A DNA stretch of 64,000 bases, taken from the IMG/VR virus record IMGVR_UViG_3300030503_000287. One strand, given 5' to 3'. The stretch comes from a virus. The position numbers and the translations under genes are program-made. Positions 9,706-17,714 of the stretch are shown piece after piece. The stretch's first letter is position 1. Each line of letters begins with the position of its first letter. The notes under the pieces were generated by a model, which was not told the origin of the DNA, did not search any database, and saw only the letters and a list, made by a program, of their open reading frames with translations.

Positions 9706-11325
9706 ATGAGTGGTCTCTACACATCAATTGTAAATACATCCCAAAGCCGAGCTAAAGCGGAAGCTAATGCTACGATTGAGACTCAAAAGGGTGCTGTAAC
9801 ACGTGTTTATACAAATGCAAATGGCACTTACGCAGCAGATGTATTGGTTGCTGGCCAAATACAGTCACTTATTCAAGTTGAAAATTCTACAGGTAATAAT
9901 CTCAGGGCTGGCGATCAAGTTACTGTTAATAATACTAAAGGTAAAAATCACAACCCTCAGATTATAGGCTATGGGTCTTCCGGCACTGGGACAAATGCTC
10001 TTGCTGCTGCTTCCGCACAATCTGCAGCGATAACAGCCGCTGCTAATTTAGCCTCAATTCAACCACCAATCCTTGAAAATACATCATTTTTGTTGGAGGC
10101 TGCAAGTACTGAAGTTAAAGGGTTTGTACTTGATCCAGGTGCTAATGTTTATTTTGCGACAACTCCAGAAAGTGTAACATCAGGGGGTGTTAGCGATGGA
10201 TCGCTGACCATAACTGCCGTACCGCTCGTTCTCTTCTCTTTACCAGATCCTGCCACCACTAAATTATTTCATAATACTATTGTTGATTTAATTGATAGTT
10301 ATGAAACGTCAATGGGAATGTATCGCCTTGATGCTATTAACAAGATTTGGATACGTAGAGATGTAGGTGGTGGCTCATCGTTATTGTTACCGGCAACAAC
10401 AACCCAATTAGGTGGTATAAAAGTCGGATCTGGTTTATCTGTTACTCCAGACGGAACACTTTCAAGTACCGGTAGTGCAGGGGGCGGTGTTATCCTTGTA
10501 CCATCACTACCATCACCAACCAGTGGTAATCGGGGACAAATGTATCTATTGGAAGGTGTTGCACCAGCACCAGGTACTACTACTAAGTTAGCTGTCCCTG
10601 CATCTATGACATCTACAGGACCAGCTACGGCTTGTGTTGCTGCTTTTCAATTTAACGAGGGCACCGGCACATCCACACAAGAAGCGGCCAATAGCCAGAC
10701 TGGTACACTGCAGACTGGTATGTCTTGGACGACAGGCGATGCAGGATATTGTTTGCTTGGTGCATCTAGCAATAATGGAGTATTATTCCCGGATACTGAC
10801 CTGGTTTTAGGCTCCAATCCTCGCGAGTTCATGATAAGGTTTAAAACGGCGTCAGCGCCACTGGGTGTTTTATTCTCGATGGGTCCGGCTACAGGAGACG
10901 GTCAGATTAACATCTATACAGAATCAAATTTCTTAAAAATAAATAATGGCAGCACTATTGTTACGGGAACTACTGATGTAGTCGATAACAATTGGCACAC
11001 AGCATTTTTTACGTTTGATGGCACGACTTGGACTATCTATTTAGACGGCTCCGGCACAGCCGAGGCTAGCGGGACCTTTACAACAATTACTGCATCAAAT
11101 ACAAATGCCTGTATAGGAGGATATGAATTAGTACTTGGCAATTACCCGTTTATAGGTAGCTATGATTTCTTTTACGCCTTTAACCGCCAGCTCACGAGCG
11201 GCGAACGTAGCAATCTCTACACGAATCCGTATTCGATATTTGAGACATTGGGGACAAGCGATACGCTTTACATCTCTATACAGACCTTATCTGGCAATGT
11301 TATGCAACAAATCATACTACCATAA
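9706..11325 (+). CDS. tail fibre / receptor-binding-like protein with LamG-like C-terminus
   Basis: 539-aa ORF. C-terminal WHTAFFTFDGTTWTIYLDGSGTAEASG resembles the LamG-like end of the preceding gene. Confidence 0.7.
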   Translation: MSGLYTSIVNTSQSRAKAEANATIETQKGAVTRVYTNANGTYAADVLVAGQIQSLIQVENSTGNNLRAGDQVTVNNTKGKNHNPQIIGYGSSGTGTNALAAASAQSAAITAAANLASIQPPILENTSFLLEAASTEVKGFVLDPGANVYFATTPESVTSGGVSDGSLTITAVPLVLFSLPDPATTKLFHNTIVDLIDSYETSMGMYRLDAINKIWIRRDVGGGSSLLLPATTTQLGGIKVGSGLSVTPDGTLSSTGSAGGGVILVPSLPSPTSGNRGQMYLLEGVAPAPGTTTKLAVPASMTSTGPATACVAAFQFNEGTGTSTQEAANSQTGTLQTGMSWTTGDAGYCLLGASSNNGVLFPDTDLVLGSNPREFMIRFKTASAPLGVLFSMGPATGDGQINIYTESNFLKINNGSTIVTGTTDVVDNNWHTAFFTFDGTTWTIYLDGSGTAEASGTFTTITASNTNACIGGYELVLGNYPFIGSYDFFYAFNRQLTSGERSNLYTNPYSIFETLGTSDTLYISIQTLSGNVMQQIILP

Positions 11326-11372
11326 TCTTTTTAATTGTTCACAGACAAAAGACATTCTGGTATACTTAAAAA

Positions 11373-11984
11373 ATGATATCCATAACAAATACACAAGCGG
11401 TTGTAGGCACTATTCTTGGACTATTCACAATAGCTTCAATGATATCGGCATTTTTAAGTAAGCGCAAGGAAGAGATATCAGCAGCGAAATCAAAATCAGA
11501 TGCGGCAACGGCAGACGCGAAAGCGAAATCGGACGGGGAAATTGCAGAAGCTAAACGAATAGCTGAGTTAATCAAAGCAACGCGTGATACTGAAATAGCA
11601 GTTGCCAAAGCCGCTTCAGCGCAAGCGGCTTTAGACCGGGAACTTGAAGCTCGTAAAGAATTAAGTGATGCATGGTCCGAACTCAATGGCCAAAGAGCTA
11701 CAATTAACGCGCGAGTCGATGGGCTTCAAGAAACACTCTATACTCAATTGCTTGATGCGGAGCGACGACTTGGAGATGTGATGCAACAACTTGGTGCGGC
11801 CCAGGCTGATATCAGAGCAGCTAAGGCAGAAGCTCAAAATTATAAGGATCTGTGGGAGCATGAGGTAAGTGTTGGTAAGGAATTAATGTCGAGAGTAAAA
11901 GTACTCGAAGATAACGCCAAAAAACATGATGACACCATGAATGTAACCGAAACCAATATTGTCACCAGAGCCCCAAAACCATAA
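11373..11984 (+). CDS. membrane-anchored coiled-coil protein
   Basis: 203 aa. N-terminal hydrophobic helix (VVGTILGLFTIASMISAFL) followed by Ala/Lys/Glu-rich coiled-coil-like sequence. Confidence 0.55.
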   Translation: MISITNTQAVVGTILGLFTIASMISAFLSKRKEEISAAKSKSDAATADAKAKSDGEIAEAKRIAELIKATRDTEIAVAKAASAQAALDRELEARKELSDAWSELNGQRATINARVDGLQETLYTQLLDAERRLGDVMQQLGAAQADIRAAKAEAQNYKDLWEHEVSVGKELMSRVKVLEDNAKKHDDTMNVTETNIVTRAPKP

Positions 11985-11986
11985 TA

Positions 11987-12015
11987 TTGACAACTATTCA
12001 AAAATCCTGTATAAT
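11987..12015 (+). promoter_or_regulatory. sigma70-consensus promoter
   Basis: TTGACA (11987-11992), 17-nt spacer, TATAAT (12010-12015), about 35 nt upstream of ATG 12051. Confidence 0.7.
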
Positions 12016-12050
12016 ATAAGTGTAATTATCGAAAGAAAAGGATAAATATC

Positions 12051-12446
12051 ATGCCCAGTATTGAATCAGACGTTCTTCATTGGCTCGTTGTAAAGCCATA
12101 TGTATACTTTGAAACACACCTAAAAGGTATCGCTGATGAAAACGCAGCGACCGCCCAAATTGAAGGTTTGGTAACTCCACTTACCGAAAATCTTACAACT
12201 TATTTTCAGTCAGAAATTACCACACTTCTCAGCGCTGATGGAACTCTCAGTGAAGCAGCAGTTGCTGCAATTCTTCAACCAAAAAATGATACCGCTATTG
12301 CTATAGTTGTATCTGGTCTATCAAAGATCAATCCTGTAGTTGGAACAATCGTTAGTGGCCTGTCTGCGTATGCGGTCGGTCTCGTACCAGGCGCAATTGC
12401 AACAGCTTACGCTGCGGCAGTAGCAGCATTGAAGAAAGTCGCTTAA
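12051..12446 (+). CDS. hypothetical membrane protein (holin-like position)
   Basis: 131 aa. C-terminal Gly/Ala-rich hydrophobic stretch (PVVGTIVSGLSAYAVGLVPGAIATAYAAAVAAL). Preceded by the consensus promoter. Confidence 0.55.
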   Translation: MPSIESDVLHWLVVKPYVYFETHLKGIADENAATAQIEGLVTPLTENLTTYFQSEITTLLSADGTLSEAAVAAILQPKNDTAIAIVVSGLSKINPVVGTIVSGLSAYAVGLVPGAIATAYAAAVAALKKVA

Positions 12447-13643
12447 ATGGCAGATGTTACAGAGACAGTCGATGTTAAGCAAACAGTGACCAATACTGCA
12501 ACAAATGTCAGTACTGTCACTGCCGCTCATTATCAAAGCACGACCATTCATATTCGTGAAGCTGTACCTGAACATCCTCCACGTGTTGGAGATCCTCACT
12601 ACAAATATTTTAACCAAGCCAAAGCACGTCTTACCAAACTTGGTAAGATGAAGTGCTGGGTTGGAAATCATGAGTGCGCTGGGGATCTTGAATTACACCA
12701 TTCTTTAGTTGAATATTCACTACAAGAAGGTGTGGATATTTCAAAGTTCGAAGAACTATATCCCGAGTTCGGTCTTACATCTGATGAACAATTTTTGGAG
12801 TTCATAGAAGGTGAAGGGAATCTAACTGTACTTTGCCAAACCGGAGACACCCCTGTGTTGATGGCTGATGGCGACCAAAAGCCAATAAGTGAAATTAGTA
12901 TCGGTGATGAAGTTGTGGGACACGACCTAAACCCTCATTTAGTCACTGGTACTGGAAGTCGGTATGTTAGTGAGTATATCAATATTGTCAATGGATATGG
13001 TGCCACTAACGAACATCCCTTTCTCGTTTCTGGGACGTGGAGGCCGGTTGTCGAACTTACCGATTCTATGTTCGTGCTTGAGGTGGTCGGAATTAGTTTC
13101 GAAGATTTGGAGATTCTCGATTCTGTTATCGGTTTTAATTCCATAGTTGGAGCAAAACGATTGATGACCTCCTTTCCCTCGAATGAAAGACATGTTACAA
13201 ATCGGGCAAATTCTTTGTTTGGGATAAATCAGTTTGTCAATACTTCTACGCGAAGATTCACAGACGGAACTACAAGTGGTGTATTTACTGGCGACTTTGT
13301 GAGGCACGGTGAATTGCCCTTCACAGATACGACAAATGTTGATATCGTATCTAATATTCCGGCCCTCAAGGCACGGTGGGCAGCGCCTCGGCAAATTAGT
13401 AGAAAGTTCCATAGTGGTTTAGTATACCACATAGAGGTGTCAGGTTGTAACAGTTATATTGGTGGTGGATTGGCTGTACATAATTGTCGTCTTCACCATA
13501 TAGGATTACGTGGTATTCATTTACTTCCATATCCTTTATGGCAACCACAACGTTTCTGGAAAGCGGATACTGAGACAGATGCAATTGTCATGCCAGCAAG
13601 TGGTGCAAGTATCGGTGATATAGAAAGCCAGCATCAGGAATGA
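12447..13643 (+). CDS. HNH-motif protein interrupted by an intein
   Basis: Exteins carry KCWVGNHECAGDLELHH ... GNLTVL / CRLHHIGLRGIH (Cys/His HNH-like motif). A Hint domain lies between them. Confidence 0.75.
   Translation: MADVTETVDVKQTVTNTATNVSTVTAAHYQSTTIHIREAVPEHPPRVGDPHYKYFNQAKARLTKLGKMKCWVGNHECAGDLELHHSLVEYSLQEGVDISKFEELYPEFGLTSDEQFLEFIEGEGNLTVLCQTGDTPVLMADGDQKPISEISIGDEVVGHDLNPHLVTGTGSRYVSEYINIVNGYGATNEHPFLVSGTWRPVVELTDSMFVLEVVGISFEDLEILDSVIGFNSIVGAKRLMTSFPSNERHVTNRANSLFGINQFVNTSTRRFTDGTTSGVFTGDFVRHGELPFTDTTNVDIVSNIPALKARWAAPRQISRKFHSGLVYHIEVSGCNSYIGGGLAVHNCRLHHIGLRGIHLLPYPLWQPQRFWKADTETDAIVMPASGASIGDIESQHQE
12834..13484 (+). mobile_element. intein (217 aa, no obvious homing-endonuclease motif)
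   Basis: Starts CQTGDTPVLMADG (block A). TNEHPF (block B). Ends VYHIEVSGCNSYIGGGLAVHN followed by +1 Cys. Confidence 0.7.
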
Positions 13644-14182
13644 CCACAACGACAAAAACCCGTTTCCAAATATCTCTCGCATTCGTCCTGCAAGCTGAGG
13701 GCGGCTATACAGATGATCCTGGCGACAACGGAGGCGCAACCAACTTCGGGATAACCCACATAGACTATGACGCCTACCGGAAATCTAAGGGTGAACCAAC
13801 GCAGGACGTGCGGCTCATTACACAGACAGAAGTAGAGGACATCTACAGTACGCGGTATTGGTCCCCGTGTCACTGCGAAGGACTGCCGGTCCCGCTCGAT
13901 ATCGTGACCTTCGACTGTAGCGTAAACGAAGGCATTGGGCGTGCAATCCTGACACTTAACCAGATTTTCAACACATCTGCAACGAGCGAGGAATGGTCAC
14001 AAGCTTTAAGTGACGCTATTCACAACACGCAACACCCGGCGAACCTAGCGCTCGCTGACATCAATGCGCGCGTCCAGTTCTACGAGTACCTGGCCACACA
14101 TTACCCGCACGATGAACAATTTTTACGAGGCTGGATTAATCGCCTTGACGCCCTGAAGACTGCCACCGACATTCAGGGATAG
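13640..14182 (+). CDS. endolysin, glycoside hydrolase family 108-like
   Basis: LAFVLQAEGGYTDDPGDNGGATNFGIT matches the EGGY...D.GG.T..GI signature. ATGA overlap with the upstream stop. GC rises sharply here. Confidence 0.85.
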   Translation: MTTTTKTRFQISLAFVLQAEGGYTDDPGDNGGATNFGITHIDYDAYRKSKGEPTQDVRLITQTEVEDIYSTRYWSPCHCEGLPVPLDIVTFDCSVNEGIGRAILTLNQIFNTSATSEEWSQALSDAIHNTQHPANLALADINARVQFYEYLATHYPHDEQFLRGWINRLDALKTATDIQG

Positions 14183-14193
14183 GAGGAAATATT

Positions 14194-14289
14194 ATGAACC
14201 CATGGCTTTCCGCCATACTCGGCGGCGCAGTTGTTGCTGTCGGTGCATTCGTGTATCTTGCAATCAAGCTCAAAAACATGAACCTTTAG
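14194..14289 (+). CDS. small single-pass membrane protein (31 aa)
   Basis: AGGAGG at 14181-14186, ATG 14194. MNPWLSAILGGAVVAVGAFVYLAIKLKNMNL, TAG stop. Below the ORF-track size cutoff. Confidence 0.55.
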   Translation: MNPWLSAILGGAVVAVGAFVYLAIKLKNMNL

Positions 14290-14298
14290 GAGAAACCA

Positions 14299-14529
14299 AT
14301 GGACGCAACACCAAACAATCAACAGGGAATCGATGCCGATGCTGCAGCAACCGATGCAGTAAAAGAGACCGTTGATGAGATGGAGCCAGAGATTACAGCA
14401 TTAGGTCAAGATGTGGCAGAAGTCAAGCAACGTCTTGATGCCTTGGAAAGAATGCTCGGCATAGGGACAGGAATTGGGCGGCAACAGATCCCTTTGTTTT
14501 TATCACAGATCCCACAACCGGAGGACTGA
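14299..14529 (+). CDS. hypothetical acidic coiled-coil protein
   Basis: 76 aa. AGGAG 6 nt upstream of the ATG. Same frame as the 14194 ORF. Confidence 0.5.
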   Translation: MDATPNNQQGIDADAAATDAVKETVDEMEPEITALGQDVAEVKQRLDALERMLGIGTGIGRQQIPLFLSQIPQPED

Positions 14530-14722
14530 AATACAAGTAGATCCAAATGACCCACCAACCCTCGACAGTTTCGAGGACGCGCAATTCCCGGACTCCGCAC
14601 AGGCACAGGCAGACAATAAGCCAAAGCCTAGCAAGCCTAAGCCCGAAGGCTGGCTTGAAAAAGATATCAACAACATCGTTGAGGAAATCGTGACCGTAGG
14701 CGAACCCAACGAAGACGCTTAG
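14474..14722 (+). CDS. hypothetical Pro/Asp-rich protein, start uncertain
   Basis: ORF overlaps the 3' end of 14299..14529 in the +1 frame. Only the part from about 14530 looks protein-like. May be the continuation of the previous gene. Confidence 0.35.
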   Translation: MGGNRSLCFYHRSHNRRTEIQVDPNDPPTLDSFEDAQFPDSAQAQADNKPKPSKPKPEGWLEKDINNIVEEIVTVGEPNEDA

Positions 14723-14738
14723 GTCTATCCCGGTTTGT

Positions 14739-14963
14739 ATGGAGATAAAAATGAACATTGGATTAAAATCATCAGAAATTACTAAGTCGTTAGCCTATTT
14801 CGGTCAGCTCGAAGGTGCGGACATGTCGGTACTGGAAAAAGCCACGGCTGGCATGACTGGCACACTGGATCTCAAGCAGCCGGTGACGGTCAACGGGGTC
14901 ACTGAGGCACTCGATATAGACATCGTTATTTCCCCCGATGTGCCAGCAACTCCAACAAAATGA
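14739..14963 (+). CDS. hypothetical protein
   Basis: 74 aa. GGAG upstream of the ATG. Inside the GC-rich cassette. Confidence 0.55.
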   Translation: MEIKMNIGLKSSEITKSLAYFGQLEGADMSVLEKATAGMTGTLDLKQPVTVNGVTEALDIDIVISPDVPATPTK

Positions 14964-15340
14964 CTGCCAATCTAACAACCGCCGACTTTGATTGGGTAAC
15001 CTTTGCCTTGTCGCTCCCGTTCGTCTTTAGTTTTGTAGGTAACGATCTGCAAGTAACCACTAAGGTTGACGAGATCAATTGCAAAGTGTTGTTTCACCTG
15101 AACATATCAGGTAACTGGATCGAAGCGCAGATAGCGGAAGTGGACGCCGGAGGTTTACCGATCACCTTCCTTGTCAAAGGCTTTGTGTTGAATCAAATTA
15201 TGGAACATGTGTCCAAGCTACCTCCGCTGGTTACGGTTCACCGCAACAGCAATGGTGTAACAGTCGAGATAGCTGGGCTTGCAATCGAGTCCGCTGTAAT
15301 TAACGCCAACTCACTCCAGGTCGCCGCAGAGTTCGAATAG
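14960..15340 (+). CDS. hypothetical protein
   Basis: 126 aa. ATGA start/stop overlap with the previous gene. Confidence 0.55.
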   Translation: MTANLTTADFDWVTFALSLPFVFSFVGNDLQVTTKVDEINCKVLFHLNISGNWIEAQIAEVDAGGLPITFLVKGFVLNQIMEHVSKLPPLVTVHRNSNGVTVEIAGLAIESAVINANSLQVAAEFE

Positions 15341-15421
15341 AGGCACCCCATGCACGATGATTTGCTATCACTCAACTCATGCAATTTCTGCGCACTAACT
15401 CGCTAAAAAGGGGAAAATAGA

Positions 15422-16156
15422 ATGAAAACTAGACTTTGGGCACTTATGTGTCTATCACTCCTGCTCTCCGGCCCGTCGTTTGCACAGACAATCGTCGGCC
15501 CAATCAGCCCGTCCGGGTTCCAGAACTACGGCGGCGTCACGATCAGTAACCCGCAATACCATTTGATTTTCATGGGAGCCTACCCATCGGCAACACAGTC
15601 CGCACTTACTCAGTTTGTTAAGTATATCGCGTCCAGCCCGGACCCGGTAATTCTGCAGTACGATTCAGGTGCACTCGGCGCATACTCATCATCGATCAAC
15701 GTAGCCACCGCTTCAACGATGGATGTAGGGCCAGCGTCTACGGTTGTACAAAATACGTATGGGCCAACTGGCCTGCTTAACTCTATCCTGTCCAAGATCT
15801 TCGGCAGGCAGGGCGGCGGCAACGATATCTACGTCATATTTGTCGCACCTGGAACTACTTTTACTTGCAACGGGTATGCAGCAGGTAGTCTACATACATG
15901 GCTAACCTTCCGCAAGGGGCTCGTGATCGCAGTCAATTATTATACTGATTTCTCATATATGACGGAATTGTTGAGTCTTGAGATTGACGACACGCTGACA
16001 GATCCGCTCGATAATTGCTGGCATGAGGATGCTCAGGGGCAGAATCTAGGCTCCGGCATGTATGAGATTGCGGAACTGTGTGAGTGGCTGCCGAAGACGA
16101 GGGGTTCATATGTTGTTAATCAGGTCTACAGTCTCGCTGCAGGGACTTGCCAGTAG
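15422..16156 (+). CDS. secreted protein of unknown function
   Basis: 244 aa. Signal-peptide-like N-terminus MKTRLWALMCLSLLLSGPSFAQ. Last gene of the plus-strand arm. Confidence 0.6.
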   Translation: MKTRLWALMCLSLLLSGPSFAQTIVGPISPSGFQNYGGVTISNPQYHLIFMGAYPSATQSALTQFVKYIASSPDPVILQYDSGALGAYSSSINVATASTMDVGPASTVVQNTYGPTGLLNSILSKIFGRQGGGNDIYVIFVAPGTTFTCNGYAAGSLHTWLTFRKGLVIAVNYYTDFSYMTELLSLEIDDTLTDPLDNCWHEDAQGQNLGSGMYEIAELCEWLPKTRGSYVVNQVYSLAAGTCQ

Positions 16157-16180
16157 AGGAACTAAGACAAATGGATGAAG

Positions 16181-16600
16181 TTATGGCCTCCCCAACATTT
16201 CATATTTAGACCAGCCAGTCCAAATTTCTTTATCCTTCTTCAATTCAACCATCTGATAAGTTTCCAGTAAAGCTTTAGGGTTACGCAATTCGTCATATCG
16301 AACCAGAATAAGACGATTGTCTGACGTTCCGTAAAACCCCATGATTGCATGACCACCATGTTTCTGATAAGCTTTTAGATAGGCAAGTTGATGGGACTCA
16401 AAGACAGACCAACCAATAGGTTGGTCTTCTCTTATCCTTATTAATTTTTTAACCTCAAAACCTACCGCTCGACCGTCAGGGGCAACACCACTTATATCAA
16501 AAGGATTTTTCCCATAAGTGCCGTCTTTGACTCTCCACAACAACCATCCCTCAGCGTTAGCACCTTTTATAAGGGGTTGGTAAAGTTCACGTTCATTCAT
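16181..16600 (-). CDS. PD-(D/E)XK-type nuclease (VRR-NUC / resolvase-like)
   Basis: 139 aa. FDISGV ... GFEVKK fits a D...ExK nuclease core. Confidence 0.45.
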   Translation of the reverse strand: MNERELYQPLIKGANAEGWLLWRVKDGTYGKNPFDISGVAPDGRAVGFEVKKLIRIREDQPIGWSVFESHQLAYLKAYQKHGGHAIMGFYGTSDNRLILVRYDELRNPKALLETYQMVELKKDKEIWTGWSKYEMLGRP

Positions 16601-16875
16601 GTGTTTTCACTTTCAATAAGTTCAAGTGTATATACAAACTTTATCAGATACTTTTCAGGATTTTCAAAGTCTGGGGGACATGATACATTAGCTTTAAAGA
16701 ATATTGCGGCTTCACACACTTTAAGACGAGCGTTGGTTAATCTACTTATCCAACTATCTCTTCGCTTACAGGCATCGGACCACACATCCCATGCATTGTA
16801 TTTTTCTATCGTACCTTTAGGGATAGATTCCCAATGAATGCGAGCTAGTTCAGCTTTTTCAATCAATGTGCTCAC
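16597..16875 (-). CDS. hypothetical protein
   Basis: 92 aa. GTG start overlaps the upstream stop (GTGA). Confidence 0.5.
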   Translation of the reverse strand: MSTLIEKAELARIHWESIPKGTIEKYNAWDVWSDACKRRDSWISRLTNARLKVCEAAIFFKANVSCPPDFENPEKYLIKFVYTLELIESENT

Positions 16876-16988
16876 TCTATATCATTCCCTGTCTGTATAG
16901 ATGCCCATACCCAATAAGGCCATGTTAGTGTGAGAAGCAAAAATCTAATAGGACTAAATATGTGAGTGAGCCAATATGGTAGTCCCAT
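16872..16988 (-). CDS. small hydrophobic protein (38 aa)
   Basis: ATG 16988. MGLPYWLTHIFSPIRFLLLTLTWPYWVWASIQTGNDIE. Stop is coupled to the next start. Below the ORF-track cutoff. Confidence 0.35.
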   Translation of the reverse strand: MGLPYWLTHIFSPIRFLLLTLTWPYWVWASIQTGNDIE

Positions 16989-17028
16989 AAGTGTCAAGCC
17001 ACAAAAGAGATAGACATAAATTATTTCT

Positions 17029-17259
17029 CTAAACAACAACCCCGTCCCCACACAATCCTACCGGATTACCACAAAACGAACAAAATTTAGGTTGAATTAC
17101 TGGACCATCAATAAGTTTTAATCCTTTACCTTGTTTCCATGTTTTTATAGGAATAAATGTCCATGCTTGCCCTCCCTCTGAAGGTATGGCAGTAGACCAA
17201 CACAAAGAAAAACCTGTAGGTTTTAACGCTTCATTCACCATCGTTATACAGTCACACAT
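17029..17259 (-). CDS. hypothetical Cys-rich protein
   Basis: 76-aa ORF in the co-directional array. Confidence 0.5.
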   Translation of the reverse strand: MCDCITMVNEALKPTGFSLCWSTAIPSEGGQAWTFIPIKTWKQGKGLKLIDGPVIQPKFCSFCGNPVGLCGDGVVV

Positions 17260-17714
17260 TTATCTTCTCCTAATCCTATTAATGCTGAATATTTATCTAT
17301 CATGTCATCCCAGCCAATTTCATAGATTTCAACGCCCATCTTTTGACACCATTCATCTCTTACTTTGTCTTCATAGGAACGCCAATATAAGATACGAATA
17401 TTGGAATTATGAGAAACAATGGCTTTAATACAAGGTAGACAAGGTTGGTCGGTACAATAGAGTGTATCCCCTTGCTCTCTAGCTCTTGTTATAGCGTTGA
17501 TTTCAGCATGAATGGTGTCTGTGCAGGATTTACCTGGTCCGCACGTGTCAGACGAACAGTGAGGGCTTCCTGAAGGTGTTCCATTATAACCTGTGGAAAT
17601 GATACGACCTTCGCGAAGTAATACTGCTCCTACTTTACGACGTAAACAGGTAGAACCAAGAGCTACGGTATGAGCAATCAACATATAGCGAGTGTCAAGA
17701 CTGATTCTGTTCAT
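17244..17714 (-). CDS. dCMP deaminase
   Basis: HAEINAI and PCLPCIKAI zinc-binding motifs of the cytidine/deoxycytidylate deaminase family. Confidence 0.85.
   Translation of the reverse strand: MNRISLDTRYMLIAHTVALGSTCLRRKVGAVLLREGRIISTGYNGTPSGSPHCSSDTCGPGKSCTDTIHAEINAITRAREQGDTLYCTDQPCLPCIKAIVSHNSNIRILYWRSYEDKVRDEWCQKMGVEIYEIGWDDMIDKYSALIGLGEDKCVTV

Noticed and set aside
12935-13584. Minus-strand ORFs (157, 69, 67 and 62 aa) inside the HNH/intein gene.
   Set aside because: The plus-strand frame carries the full set of intein blocks and extein motifs. The antisense ORFs have no start signals.
16157-16180. Expected bidirectional terminator at the convergence point of the two gene arms.
   Set aside because: No stable hairpin or U-tract is visible in the 24-nt gap, so no feature is called.
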